Shown here: positions 38,582 through 48,662 of the stretch, piece by piece
Layout: each line of letters starts with the position of its first letter
Position numbering within the stretch: position 1 is the first letter of the stretch
Notes under the pieces: model-generated
What the model was told of the DNA's origin: nothing
The model's input: the letters and a program-made list of their open reading frames with translations, nothing else
Databases searched by the model: none
Made by a program: the position numbers and the translations under genes
From: Pseudomonadota bacterium
Lineage (GTDB): Bacteria; Bdellovibrionota_B; Oligoflexia; Oligoflexales; CAIYRB01
Length of the DNA stretch: 50,648 bases
Reading direction: 5' to 3'
Assembly: GCA_031416315.1 (NCBI GenBank)
Contig: JANOTL010000028.1
Location: forward strand, 1-50,648

Positions 38582-39220
38582 ATGTCCAAGCTGCGCCTCG
38601 CCCTTTGGGCGATCCCCGTCCTCTTTTCCGTCGCGTGCTTCGAGGCCGAGCTTCGTGCCGCCGAGCCCGACGTCGCCGCCGGCGCGAAGCGCGTCGCCGA
38701 TCTCGCCTCCGAGCCGGATCTGCGCCTGTCCGACAACGAGCGCCAAGCGCTGCGGAGCCTCGAGAGCGAAGCGCTGCGCATTCTCGAGAACCGCTTTCCT
38801 GCGGACCCGGCCAACTGCTTCGTGCAGGCCTATCGGCGCCTGCCTCGGGCGATGGCGTTGAAGCTGTGCTCGGGCGGGGGCGGGGAGGAGACGGCGCAAT
38901 GCTACGTCGAAGCTTGGCGCATCCTGAACATGGACAACGCCCTGAAGCTTTGTCGAGGGCGTGGCACGCTCCTGACCTCGCGCTGCTTGACCGAGGCGTT
39001 CCGTTTTCTCGGTCCCGAGGACGCGGTGGCCTTGTGCGAGAAGCGCGGCACCGACCTAACGGCCTCGTGCTTCACGGCCGCGAACCGGCGCCTTCCGACC
39101 GAGCAGGCGATCGCGCTCTGCCGGGGGGGCGGATCGCCGCGCCGGTTCGAGTGTTTCGATGCGGCGTCGAAGCGCATGAGCAACGAGGACGCTCTGGAGC
39201 TTTGCCGGCCCGAGGCGTAA
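38582..39220 (+). CDS. Secreted protein with five 28-aa Cys-pair repeats
   Basis: Hydrophobic N-terminus; five C-x16-C units separated by x10. Confidence 0.75.
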   Translation: MSKLRLALWAIPVLFSVACFEAELRAAEPDVAAGAKRVADLASEPDLRLSDNERQALRSLESEALRILENRFPADPANCFVQAYRRLPRAMALKLCSGGGGEETAQCYVEAWRILNMDNALKLCRGRGTLLTSRCLTEAFRFLGPEDAVALCEKRGTDLTASCFTAANRRLPTEQAIALCRGGGSPRRFECFDAASKRMSNEDALELCRPEA

Positions 39221-39232
39221 AGTAGGGGCAGC

Positions 39233-40240
39233 ATGCTCCTCGCAAACAAGCGCGTTTTGGTAGTCGTCGTTGTGACCGGTGCGGTCGCCTTGGGCGTGTT
39301 CGCGTGCCGGGGCGGGGAGGCGGAAGAGCCGTTGGCGACGTCGAGCGCGCCGGCGTCCGCTGGATCTGGCGCCGAGGCGGCCGCGCTGAGCGACGGCGCC
39401 GCCGGCGGCCCCGCGACGGGCGGCAATGAATCGGAGCCTCCCTCCGATGCGGCTCTCTCCGCGTTACCCGATGCTGCCGCGGCTTCCGATACTGCCGCGA
39501 ACCCTGAGCCTTCCAGCGACGACGCGCACGGCGGTTCGGCCGACGGCCCCGCCGCTTCCGCCGCCGCCGACGTCTCCACCGACGGCCCGTTCGACGCCGC
39601 ATCGCAAGCGGCAGCGCTTCGCGCGCAAGCCGCCGCGACCCTGGCTGAGCTGAACGAAGGAATCGGCACGAGCCCAGTGAGCGACAGCCCTCCGTCTCCG
39701 CCCCCTCCGGCCGTGCCGGCGCCTGCGGCGTGCAAGACGATCGATCAGGACGCGCTGGCGAAGAGCTTCGACGGCGCCATGGACGCATTTTCTGCGCTGC
39801 AGGACGCGCTTTGGCAGGAAGGCTCCGCGGCGCAAGCGAAGATCGCCGCCACCGTGCAAACGGCGACGACGAAGTATGGCGCCTACCGTAAGCTCGTCGC
39901 CGAAGTCGCGGGGAAGCTGCCGGACGACGCGCGCCTGGGCTCGCTGGTCGCGGAGCTGCCTTCGGGTCAGGGACCGTCGCCGGCGAAGGCGCGCTACCCC
40001 CTCCTCGGCCTGATCTTCGGAGCGGCCTTCGACGGCGTGCCGGCCGCGGCTGAGGACCCGCAAAGGGAAGGGGCCTCGCCCTTGCGGATGGCGCCCGACC
40101 GCCTCGCGACCACCGACGACGGCTTGAGCGCCGCACACGCCACGGGGCTCGCGATGCTCGACGTGATCCGCTGGCTTTCGATCGCGGCCGGGGACATCAC
40201 CGATCAGGTCGCGGCAACGTGCGCGACGCCAGTGCCCTGA
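39233..40240 (+). CDS. Hypothetical lipoprotein
   Basis: Lipobox VFAC, low-complexity A/S/D linker, helical C-terminus. Confidence 0.65.
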   Translation: MLLANKRVLVVVVVTGAVALGVFACRGGEAEEPLATSSAPASAGSGAEAAALSDGAAGGPATGGNESEPPSDAALSALPDAAAASDTAANPEPSSDDAHGGSADGPAASAAADVSTDGPFDAASQAAALRAQAAATLAELNEGIGTSPVSDSPPSPPPPAVPAPAACKTIDQDALAKSFDGAMDAFSALQDALWQEGSAAQAKIAATVQTATTKYGAYRKLVAEVAGKLPDDARLGSLVAELPSGQGPSPAKARYPLLGLIFGAAFDGVPAAAEDPQREGASPLRMAPDRLATTDDGLSAAHATGLAMLDVIRWLSIAAGDITDQVAATCATPVP

Positions 40241-40246
40241 GAATGG

Positions 40247-40306
40247 ACCGCGAAGGGCGCAAAGACCGTAAAGGGGCTTGAAAAGTGCCTTTGCGCCCTT
40301 TGCGGT
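40247..40306. repeat. 18-bp inverted repeat between convergent genes
   Basis: ACCGCGAAGGGCGCAAAG-N24-CTTTGCGCCCTTTGCGGT (one G-T pair). Confidence 0.75.
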
Positions 40307-40316
40307 TCAAGATGCC

Positions 40317-41999
40317 TCAGCCCTTCACCATCGCCCGCACCGTCTTCGCGTTCTTCATATTCTCTTCGGAATACGCTTCCGCAAAGCGCGACTCCACCCC
40401 CGCCGCGCTCATCACCGTCCGGATCATGTCCTTCGCCATCATCGGCCGGTCGCCCTCGCCGAAGTAGTTCAGGTCCTTCGGCTGGTACGAGCCCATGCCG
40501 TCGGCCTCGGAGGCGCCCTCGGCGTTTGGGTTGAAGTCGTACTCGACCGGCGTGTACTTCACGCCCGTCGGATCGCCCGCCTCCATCGACGTCCAGTCGA
40601 CCTTGGCGCCCATCTGCCGCAGATCCTCGTTCTTGCCGACCCAGGCGCCGCCCCTCACGCCCTTCCCGAACATGATGTAGTTGTTGTTGTACTGGTAGTG
40701 GCCGCAGCCGAAAGCCGTACCGCCGCCTTCCGAGCCCGGCGCCTCGTTGCCGAAGAAGTTCGAGGGCCGCGAGAACTCGGTGGTGACGACGACGGTGGTG
40801 ACGTCGAACATGGTCTTGCCGGTCTCGCCGAATTTCGTCGTCTTCAGGGTCGAGACGAACTGCGACAAAGACTTCATCGACTTTTCGACGTTCAAATGGT
40901 GGCGCTGCGTGTTGGCCGTCCCGGCGAAGCCCGGGTCCAGGTGATAGACGCCGCGGTGCGCGTCGAAGAGGCCGAAGCCGTCGACCTTGTTCTTGCCGTT
41001 CGGCGAGCCGAGGCAGAGCGTGACGACGCGGGAAAGGCCGGCCGTGATCAAAGTCAACGCGGTCTTCAGCTGGACGTCGAGGTCGAGCGAGGCGTCGACG
41101 GCTCCGAGCTCGCTCTTCAGGCCGAGGAGCATGCTGCGGACCGTCGGCGCTTCCTTCAGCGCCGAGACGTAGGAGCCGAACACTTTCTTGTGCGCCTCGC
41201 CCATCGTCTCCGCGTTCGCGAGCGCGTCGGCGAGCTCGCGCGCCTTCGCGTAGCGCGCGGTCGCCTCGGCGGTCGAGCTGTCGTCGGCGTTCGCGACGAT
41301 GTAGCCCAGGCTCTCCGCGTCGAGCTTGATCGGCGTCTTCGCCAAAGACGAGCTGCCGGTGATGAAGCTCGCGTTCTCGAAGACGAGGTTGTCGAGGAGC
41401 TTCACGCCGTGCTTTTGCTGGAGGAGGGTCGCGAGCACCGACGCCACGTGCGGCATCTCGCCCGAGTTCGTGCCGGCGAGCATCTCGCCCGACGCGTTGT
41501 TCAGGCCGTGGAAGTCGCCTAGCATGTGCACGCCGCGCGCCACCGCGATGTCGTCGACGTGGGGGAGGAAAGACTGCCCCGCGAAACCCAGGATGTACTC
41601 CGAGCCGAGCGTGGTCTTGCCCTTCTTGTAGGACGAGGTCAGGTCGTCGATGTAAGGGAGGAGCAGGAACTTACCGTTGAGCGACTGCTTCTTGGTGAAG
41701 TCGTCGGCGACGATCTTCGCGTACTCCTCCACCGAGAACGGCTGGTCGGTGATCTTGAGCGGCACGCATAGCTTGTCGTTGGTGAGCGGCAGATTGTCGA
41801 CGTTGCGACCGTCGGTCGCCGCCATCCACTGCAGGCCGCCGCGCAGCTCGACGAAGATGAAGAAATGCTCGCCTTCCGGCGTCGCCTGCGCGCGGGCGAA
41901 ATCGGCGAACGAGCCGAAGCCCGTGCCGAGCGTGGCGAGCCCCAATCCTGCCTTGGCCGCACCTTGCACGACTTCGCGGCGGGTCCGGTTCCTGGTCAT
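40317..41999 (-). CDS. Tat-exported DUF1501-like protein
   Basis: TRREVV twin-arginine; FIFVELRGG, FDAH, TTVVVTTEFSRP, GKGVRGG; true start ATG 41999 overlapping the upstream stop. Confidence 0.75.
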   Translation of the reverse strand: MTRNRTRREVVQGAAKAGLGLATLGTGFGSFADFARAQATPEGEHFFIFVELRGGLQWMAATDGRNVDNLPLTNDKLCVPLKITDQPFSVEEYAKIVADDFTKKQSLNGKFLLLPYIDDLTSSYKKGKTTLGSEYILGFAGQSFLPHVDDIAVARGVHMLGDFHGLNNASGEMLAGTNSGEMPHVASVLATLLQQKHGVKLLDNLVFENASFITGSSSLAKTPIKLDAESLGYIVANADDSSTAEATARYAKARELADALANAETMGEAHKKVFGSYVSALKEAPTVRSMLLGLKSELGAVDASLDLDVQLKTALTLITAGLSRVVTLCLGSPNGKNKVDGFGLFDAHRGVYHLDPGFAGTANTQRHHLNVEKSMKSLSQFVSTLKTTKFGETGKTMFDVTTVVVTTEFSRPSNFFGNEAPGSEGGGTAFGCGHYQYNNNYIMFGKGVRGGAWVGKNEDLRQMGAKVDWTSMEAGDPTGVKYTPVEYDFNPNAEGASEADGMGSYQPKDLNYFGEGDRPMMAKDMIRTVMSAAGVESRFAEAYSEENMKNAKTVRAMVKG

Positions 42000-42802
42000 G
42001 GCTCGCCCTCGTTCGTCTGCGGCGGCGCTTCCAGATAGAAGCCCCCGCTCATCAGGATGGTGTAGATCACGTTTTTCCACGCCGTCTTCTCTTGCTCGAC
42101 CGTCGCCGGAGCGCCGCCCGGAAAGCTCGGGACGAAGACCTCGCTGACGAGGTAGTCGGCCGCGTGGCGCTGGCCGCCCGGCATCTTCAGGGTGTTGTCG
42201 ATGGCGAGGAGCATGAACTCGCCGATGTCCTGCACGTTGTGCATGAGCCGCTTCTTCCACTCTTTCGACAAGGGCGCCTTCGGGTCGACCCCCGCCTTCG
42301 CCAAGGAGTCGAGGCGGACGCCGTCTTTGAGGTCGCACCAGTCTTTGCCGTCGTCCGCGAAGCAACCTGCGTCCTCGTCCGAAAGCGAGAGGCCGTCGAA
42401 GCTGTGCTCCTTCGCCTCCGCCTCGAGCGCCGTCTCTTTGTCGACGAGCCGGCCCGAAAGCCAGCCGGAGAGGTTGTCCAAGCCCAACGCGAAGAGCTCG
42501 TTCGGCTGGTCGACGAGCGACTTCGACGACAAGACCTGCGTGCCGCCGAGCATTGAATAGATGCTCTGCAGGTACTTCCAGCGCTCGGCCTCGCTGACCT
42601 GGAGACCCCAGGCCGAAGTGATCGTCCCCTCGATCGACTCGGGGCTCTTGATCCAGGTGGGACGGGTCTGAGTCGGGCCAATGCCCGAGGGCCCGGCTTT
42701 CAGCTCCGCGCCGCCGCCGCGGGGCGGCGTCGTGCGGCAACCCGCTAGCGCCAAGGCGAGGACGGCGAAAGTGTAGGGGAGGCGGTTCATGGTGTTCGTC
42801 AT
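41996..42802 (-). CDS. Hypothetical lipoprotein in cytochrome/DUF1501 operon
   Basis: Lipobox LAGC; C-terminal AWKNVIYTILMSGGFYL. Confidence 0.8.
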   Translation of the reverse strand: MTNTMNRLPYTFAVLALALAGCRTTPPRGGGAELKAGPSGIGPTQTRPTWIKSPESIEGTITSAWGLQVSEAERWKYLQSIYSMLGGTQVLSSKSLVDQPNELFALGLDNLSGWLSGRLVDKETALEAEAKEHSFDGLSLSDEDAGCFADDGKDWCDLKDGVRLDSLAKAGVDPKAPLSKEWKKRLMHNVQDIGEFMLLAIDNTLKMPGGQRHAADYLVSEVFVPSFPGGAPATVEQEKTAWKNVIYTILMSGGFYLEAPPQTNEGEP

Positions 42803-42803
42803 C

Positions 42804-43370
42804 TCAAAGGCTCGCCATGCTGATTTCCTCGAGGAGCTTGGCGTAGCTCCACGAGGCGAAGCTCGCTTCGTTCTTCGTCACCCAGGCCGCGCCGAGGCTC
42901 GGCGCCACGCGCGCCACGAGCCAGTTGGCGAAGCACGCAGAGTTCTTCCGGTCGCCACACTGCGCGCCCTTGTGATGGTCCTTCCCGAGCCTCGTCAGGA
43001 CTTCGTCGAGGGCCGCCTCGGGCCGCGCCTGCGTCTTCACCGCAGGGGGCACTTGGCGCTCGATCTGGTTCGAGCTCGTCTCGCCGCCCTCGAGGAAATT
43101 GGCGAGGCGGGCCGCGAAGACTTGGCGCAGCTCTTCGCTACCCAGGAGGTACTCGACGATCTGCTGCTTGTTCATCGGCAAGACCTTCGCAGCCTCTTCG
43201 CGCTTCAGCGTGCGGCCGAAGCAGACCTGATAGACGCGGCTCAGGATCTGCAGCTTGCGCAGCTTCTCCTGCTTCACGGTCGAACTGTCCTGAGCCGAGG
43301 CGGTGACCGGCACCGAAAGGCTCAGGCCCAAAGCCAAAAACAGCGTAGAAAGGGGTCTTTGCATGCTCAT
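42804..43370 (-). CDS. Hypothetical secreted protein in cytochrome/DUF1501 operon
   Basis: Signal peptide ending TASA; LSRVYQVCFGRTLKREE..YLLGSEEL. Confidence 0.75.
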   Translation of the reverse strand: MSMQRPLSTLFLALGLSLSVPVTASAQDSSTVKQEKLRKLQILSRVYQVCFGRTLKREEAAKVLPMNKQQIVEYLLGSEELRQVFAARLANFLEGGETSSNQIERQVPPAVKTQARPEAALDEVLTRLGKDHHKGAQCGDRKNSACFANWLVARVAPSLGAAWVTKNEASFASWSYAKLLEEISMASL

Positions 43371-43373
43371 TCC

Positions 43374-45620
43374 TCAGTTGCCGCCAGGGGTGCCGGAGAC
43401 CGTGTGCGCCGCGCCCATCGAGGACATCGTCGGCGCCGCGCCTTGGCACACCTTGCTCAGGTATTCGGCCGGGATCTTGCTCTCCTTCGCCAGGGCATCG
43501 CGGGTGCGGCCGAGCCAGCACCAGAGCTTGCCGCGGCCTTCCGCGTCGAGCCCGCCCCCAGGCGGCATCTTTTCCAGCTTCACTTTGCAGTAGAGGTTGT
43601 GCCAGAGGCGGCCGCGCGCCTTCGGCGTGTCGTCGACCCCTTGGTTGGTAAAGTAGGAGTCGATCGAGAACTTGCCGGCTTCGTCGAAGAAGCCGTCGGA
43701 GTGGCAGTCGACGCACTGGCCTTCCATCAGCTTCGTGCCGCTCGCCTGGAAATCCTCGGGCGGCACCTCGGGGCAGACGAAGGCGGTGTCGGGCTGGATC
43801 ATCTCGAAGGCCTTCTCGCCCTGGCTGAAGTAGGCCTGGCCGCGCTTCGACTCGGTCAGGAAGTGCTTCAGGAGCCGCGAGAAGCTGGGCTTGGCGCCGT
43901 TTTCGCCTTGAAAGGCGGTGACGGCCGCCTGGCGCTCGGTCTCGAAAAGCGGGAAGTCGCGGCCGACGAGGGCCGCCCAGGTCGAATCGGCGATGCACTT
44001 GCCCACGGCCGGGTAGGCGGGGAGCGTATTCGCGAAACCCTCGAGGCCCATATTGGTGCCCTCGTGCTCGAAGAATTTTTGGCCGTCGTAGATGCCGCCG
44101 GGACGCGAAAACGCGGCGCCCTCCTCGTTCAGGAACTGGGGCCAGCCGCCGCCGAAGCCGAAGCCTTGATCGTACGGCGTGCCGAACGACAGGAGGCCGA
44201 AGAAGTTGGCGATCGGCTGGATCTTCGCGTGGCAGTTGAAGCAGTTCGTCGAGCCTTTCGCGTGCGCGTCGTCGTCGGCGAAGTAGCCCTTCAGCGCGGC
44301 CGGGACCTCGGCGACCGGCGCGCCCTGGAAGTTGGCGGCGTCCGGGTTGATCTCGGTGCAGAAGTAGGAGAAGTAGACGGCGCGGGCGCGGTGCAGGTTC
44401 TTGTTTTTTTGTTTGGTGGTGTGACGCGACAGCCAGTAGGGGCTGCCGTGCAGGCCCTGGAACTCCGCCGGCATGCGGATCTTGAGGAAGAGCGGTCCGT
44501 CGGCCTTGGCCATCGCCTCTTGCACGTTCGGCGCCATCTGCGCGCCGGCCAGCGGCACGAGCACCGGCTGGTCGGGGATGCCCACCGGCGCGGGGAAGTC
44601 GATCGGCGGCGGAACGACTTCCGGAAAGCCGAAGCCGCCGCCGTTGAAGTCGTCGTCGCCGCCGAAGCCGCCGCCGCCGCCCGGCTGTTTCGTCTTCACC
44701 CAACTGACCGGGTCGACGCCGCTGAAGAGGCACTGCTGATTGCCCTGCGAGCCGAGCTCCTGCAGCACGAGAGGCTTCCCGTCCTTCTTCACCAGCTCGA
44801 GCTTCATGTCGGCGAGCGGCGTCACGCCCTCCGGCAGCGGGCCGAAGTCGGGAAGCATCGACTGCTTCACGAGGTCCATCATGATGGCCTCGGCCTCGGG
44901 CACCGAGAGGAGCGAGAGCTTCTTCGCTTCGGCGTCGAGCGCCTCGAGCTTGGTGAAGAACTCCTTCACCCGCGCTTCCGGGTTCGGATTGGCGAAGTCG
45001 CCGGGAAGGCCGAATTTCAGGGACTGGACGCAGCTGCGCGCGTTCTTCTCGCGCGAAGTCGGCGGCGGCGCGTCCGCGGCGGGCGGTGGTGGCGGCGTCG
45101 GCCCGCCGTATTTCTTCCAAGCTTCGGTGAGGTCGCCGACGCTGGCGCCGAAGAAGCATTGATTCATGCCGAACTCGACGAGCGGCACCCAGCGGTCGCG
45201 GTACCGGAGCGTCTCCCAATAGCCTTTGCCGCTGCGATCCGCGCTCGCCTGCTCGGCGAGCTCGAGGCGCAGTGCGCAGTAGTCCTTATACGAGCCCTTC
45301 ACCCATTGCTGTGAGCCTTCGCGGTTCAGCAGCAAGCGCTCGCGGTGCAAGTTGAAGAAGCCTTCCTGGTCGAACTGCGCCGAGCCCAAGACGCTCGTGA
45401 CCAGGTCGTTGTAAGGCAGGGCCTTCATGGCATTGATCTCGGAGGTGCCGGGATCGCGGCCGACGAGGCGGCGGAAGACGCGGACCACGTTCTGCACCTT
45501 GTCGACCTGCGCCGCGGTGAGCTGGGTTTCAGGGTTGTCGACCTTGCGCAGGCAGCTTTGCGCCACGGTGAAGGTCAGACCGACGAAGACGGCGGCGCCG
45601 AGCACGTGCTTGGACGTCAT
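43374..45620 (-). CDS. Exported diheme c-type cytochrome (DUF1588/DUF1585-like plus C-terminal cytochrome c)
   Basis: Lipobox-like VAQSC; CFNCH (44229-44243) and CVDCH (43701-43715) followed by KMPP. Confidence 0.75.
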   Translation of the reverse strand: MTSKHVLGAAVFVGLTFTVAQSCLRKVDNPETQLTAAQVDKVQNVVRVFRRLVGRDPGTSEINAMKALPYNDLVTSVLGSAQFDQEGFFNLHRERLLLNREGSQQWVKGSYKDYCALRLELAEQASADRSGKGYWETLRYRDRWVPLVEFGMNQCFFGASVGDLTEAWKKYGGPTPPPPPAADAPPPTSREKNARSCVQSLKFGLPGDFANPNPEARVKEFFTKLEALDAEAKKLSLLSVPEAEAIMMDLVKQSMLPDFGPLPEGVTPLADMKLELVKKDGKPLVLQELGSQGNQQCLFSGVDPVSWVKTKQPGGGGGFGGDDDFNGGGFGFPEVVPPPIDFPAPVGIPDQPVLVPLAGAQMAPNVQEAMAKADGPLFLKIRMPAEFQGLHGSPYWLSRHTTKQKNKNLHRARAVYFSYFCTEINPDAANFQGAPVAEVPAALKGYFADDDAHAKGSTNCFNCHAKIQPIANFFGLLSFGTPYDQGFGFGGGWPQFLNEEGAAFSRPGGIYDGQKFFEHEGTNMGLEGFANTLPAYPAVGKCIADSTWAALVGRDFPLFETERQAAVTAFQGENGAKPSFSRLLKHFLTESKRGQAYFSQGEKAFEMIQPDTAFVCPEVPPEDFQASGTKLMEGQCVDCHSDGFFDEAGKFSIDSYFTNQGVDDTPKARGRLWHNLYCKVKLEKMPPGGGLDAEGRGKLWCWLGRTRDALAKESKIPAEYLSKVCQGAAPTMSSMGAAHTVSGTPGGN

Positions 45621-45725
45621 GGGTCGTTCTCGAGAGAGTTGGGGAGTGCGCGAGACGCGGGAAGGGAAAGGCCGGTCTTTTCAGCGTATCAAACTTTCAC
45701 GTTGTCGTCTAAACCAACGGATTTT

Positions 45726-46337
45726 CTACCTTTTTGCAAAGGTCGCGACCAAGACCGTGGCGCCTGCCTCGGTCCTGAGCGTCAGCTCCGTCCCGCCGTC
45801 CGCGACCGCGACGACGCTGTCCCCGCGCTCGGCCCGGACCTTGTCGGTCAGCCCGTCGAGCTGCGTGGTAATGCGACCTTCGAGCACGTAGACCACCACC
45901 GTCTCCGCCCGCTCCGAAAGCTGCACTGAGGCGAGCGGGGCGAGCTTGTGCGCGCTCGCGGTCGAACGCAGCAAATCCTTGCGTGCCATGATGTTGAAGT
46001 CCCGCGCCGGCGCCGTCAGCTGCGCCGCGGTCGTCCAAGCGCCGTCGAAACGGTACGGCACCAGGAGCTCGAGCTCGCGGCCCACGTGCTCCGCGTGCGT
46101 CAGGGTCATCTTCGCGCCGTCGAGCTGGACGATGATCCGTTCGTGCCGCGGAAAGCTCGAGAACGGGCCCGAGCCGCCCAAGGTCGCCAAAGACAGGCGC
46201 CAGGCAAAATCGTCCAGCGAGGCGCCAGGCGGGTCCAACGCGATCTCCGTCGTCGTGCCGCCGCCGTTCTTCCACGGCATGACGCGGTAGTCGCTTTGGC
46301 GCAGAGCTCTGAGGCTTTGGAGCGGCGCATTTGCCAA
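45726..46337 (-). CDS. HutD/Ves-family cupin-like protein
   Basis: MPWKNGGGTTTEI, FAWRLSLA, GPFSSFP, DFNIM; start uncertain (TTG 46337). Confidence 0.85.
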   Translation of the reverse strand: MANAPLQSLRALRQSDYRVMPWKNGGGTTTEIALDPPGASLDDFAWRLSLATLGGSGPFSSFPRHERIIVQLDGAKMTLTHAEHVGRELELLVPYRFDGAWTTAAQLTAPARDFNIMARKDLLRSTASAHKLAPLASVQLSERAETVVVYVLEGRITTQLDGLTDKVRAERGDSVVAVADGGTELTLRTEAGATVLVATFAKR

Positions 46338-46420
46338 GTGATTTCGCCCCGTCTTTCGAGCTGACAAGCCGCCGGCCCACTGGTAGGAAACTACCACATT
46401 TCGATGAGGAGCTTCGACCG

Positions 46421-47212
46421 ATGAAAAAGATGATCCAGGCGCTTTGCGCCGTCTTCGTGGCCGGCGCTCTCGCCGCTTCCGCAGCCCAAGCCGCCCAGCC
46501 CTCGGCGGTCGAGCGCGTGAAGAAGGCCGGCAAGCTCGTCGTCGCCATCGACGCGACCTACCCGCCGATGGAGTCCGAAGGCAAAGACGGTAAGCCCGTC
46601 GGCTTCGACATCGACTTCGCCAACGAGCTCGGCAAGCGCCTCGGCGTGAAGACCGAGTTCGTCGTGATGAACTGGGACGGCATCTTCGCCGGCCTCGACT
46701 CGAAGCGCTACGACGTCATCATCTCGACGATGAACATCACCGATGACCGCAAGAAGAAGGTCGACTTCGTCGAGTACGTGCGGATGTCCCAGCTCTTCGT
46801 CTCGAAGAAAGGCGTCACCGTCAAGACGGACAAGGACCTCGAGGGCAAGGTCGTCGCGGTCCAGGCCGACACCACGTCCTCCGAGTTCGTCGAGAAAGCC
46901 GTCAAGGCCGGCGTGAAAGTGAAAGAGACGAAGCAGTTCAAGCTCGCCACCGACGTCTTCTCCGCCGTCAAGGCCGGCCAAGCCGAGGTCATCGTCATCG
47001 ACGAGCCCGTCGGCCGCTTCTACGCCTCGAAAGATCCCGCGACCTTCGTCGTCACCGGCAACGCCATGGCGCCCGAGCCGGTCGGCGTCGCCATCCGTAA
47101 GGACGACTCCGACCTGCAGAAAGCCCTGCAGACGATCGTCGACGAGATGAAGAAAGACGGCTTCATGAAGAAGATCTCCCTCACCTGGTTCGGCGGAGAG
47201 CTCGGCGTCTAA
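46421..47212 (+). CDS. Polar amino-acid ABC transporter substrate-binding protein
   Basis: Signal peptide; DATYPPME, GFDIDFA, WDGIFAGL, ITDDRKKKVDF. Confidence 0.92.
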   Translation: MKKMIQALCAVFVAGALAASAAQAAQPSAVERVKKAGKLVVAIDATYPPMESEGKDGKPVGFDIDFANELGKRLGVKTEFVVMNWDGIFAGLDSKRYDVIISTMNITDDRKKKVDFVEYVRMSQLFVSKKGVTVKTDKDLEGKVVAVQADTTSSEFVEKAVKAGVKVKETKQFKLATDVFSAVKAGQAEVIVIDEPVGRFYASKDPATFVVTGNAMAPEPVGVAIRKDDSDLQKALQTIVDEMKKDGFMKKISLTWFGGELGV

Positions 47213-47892
47213 TGGGTGACGACGTCAGTCTGACTTTCTGGCAGTTCTCCCAAGAGATCGTCATCCCGCGACTGCTGGAAGGGCTCGGACTGACGGTCCA
47301 GCTCACGCTCCTCTCCGGAGTGTGCGGGATCGTCCTCGGCATGATCATCGCGGTGGCGCGGATCTCGCGCAACCCCGTCCTTCGCTATCCGGCCGCGCTC
47401 TACGTCACCGTGGTGCGCGGCACGCCGCTTCTCCTCCAAGTGCTTTTCGTCTACTTCGCGCTACCGCCCTTGATCGATATCCGGCTCGACGCGTTCCCTG
47501 CCGGCGTCCTGGCTCTCTCTCTGAACGCCGCGGCCTACTTCACCGAGATCTTCCGCGCCGCGATCCAGTCGATCGACAAGGGCCAGATGGAGGCCGCGCG
47601 CGCCCTCGGCATGGGCTACGCGGTCGCCATGCGCCGCATCGTCATCCCGCAGACGTACCGGCGGCTCATCCCGCCGATCGTGAACGAGCTCTCCGCCCTG
47701 GCGAAGGACACGTCGCTCGTCTCCTCGCTCGCGTTGGCCGAGGTGCTCTACATCACGCAGCGCGTGTCGGCGAAGTATCTCCGTCCTTGGGAGGTCTACA
47801 TCTGGGCCGCCGCCTGCTACCTCGTCATCGTCCTGATGTTCAGCGCCATCGCGCGCTACTGCGAAACTCACCTCGCGCGGCGTGAATCATGA
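47212..47892 (+). CDS. Polar amino-acid ABC transporter permease
   Basis: [39 protein letters not shown]. Confidence 0.94.
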   Translation: MGDDVSLTFWQFSQEIVIPRLLEGLGLTVQLTLLSGVCGIVLGMIIAVARISRNPVLRYPAALYVTVVRGTPLLLQVLFVYFALPPLIDIRLDAFPAGVLALSLNAAAYFTEIFRAAIQSIDKGQMEAARALGMGYAVAMRRIVIPQTYRRLIPPIVNELSALAKDTSLVSSLALAEVLYITQRVSAKYLRPWEVYIWAAACYLVIVLMFSAIARYCETHLARRES

Positions 47893-48623
47893 CGACCCCC
47901 GTTCTCCGTATCGAGGAGCTGCACAAGTACTTCGGCAAGAACGAGGTCTTGAAGGGCATCAATCTGACCGTGAAGATGGGCGAGGTCGTCGCCGTCATCG
48001 GGCCCTCGGGCTCCGGCAAGTCGACCCTCCTGCGCTGCCTCAACTTTCTCGAGACCCCAACCGCGGGCAAGATCTACTTCAAGGACGAGCTGCTCGGCGG
48101 CCCCGAGAAAGAGCTGAACCGGCAGCGCTCGCACATCGGTATGGTCTTCCAGCGCTTCAACCTCTTCCCGCACAAAACGGCGCTGGGGAACGTCATTGAG
48201 GCGCCGCTCAAGGTGAAGGGCATGGCGAAGGCCGAGGCGGTCGCCTTGGGCGAGAAGCTCCTGCACCGCGTCGGCCTGTCCGATAAGATGCACGAGTATC
48301 CGGGCCGGCTTTCCGGCGGCCAACAGCAGCGCGTCGCCATCGCGCGCGCTTTGGCGATGGAGCCCGCGGTCATGCTCTTCGACGAAGCCACCTCGGCCCT
48401 CGACCCGGAGCTGGTCGGCGAAGTTCTCGCCGTCATGCACACGCTCGCGAGCGAAGGCATGACCATGGTCGTCGTCACCCACGAGATGGGCTTCGCCAAG
48501 GAAGTCGCGAGCCGCGTCGTCTTCATGGACGGCGGCGTCGTGGTCGAGGAGGGGAAGCCCGCCGACGTGCTCGGGAACCCGCAGCATCCGCGGACGCGGG
48601 AATTCCTACGTAAAGTTCTCTGA
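47889..48623 (+). CDS. Polar amino-acid ABC transporter ATP-binding protein
   Basis: [44 protein letters not shown]. Confidence 0.95.
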   Translation: MTTPVLRIEELHKYFGKNEVLKGINLTVKMGEVVAVIGPSGSGKSTLLRCLNFLETPTAGKIYFKDELLGGPEKELNRQRSHIGMVFQRFNLFPHKTALGNVIEAPLKVKGMAKAEAVALGEKLLHRVGLSDKMHEYPGRLSGGQQQRVAIARALAMEPAVMLFDEATSALDPELVGEVLAVMHTLASEGMTMVVVTHEMGFAKEVASRVVFMDGGVVVEEGKPADVLGNPQHPRTREFLRKVL

Positions 48624-48662
48624 GCGCCGAAAGCCCCGCCCGCTGGCGCCAGCTCTTCCTGC

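Noticed and set aside
40317..42740. 807-aa ORF as a single protein
   Set aside because: First 247 codons overlap the real lipoprotein gene out of frame; the Tat signal starts at 41999
42789..45314. 841-aa plus-strand and 693-aa minus-strand ORFs
   Set aside because: Alternative-frame shadows of the cytochrome operon; Arg/Gly-rich, no motifs
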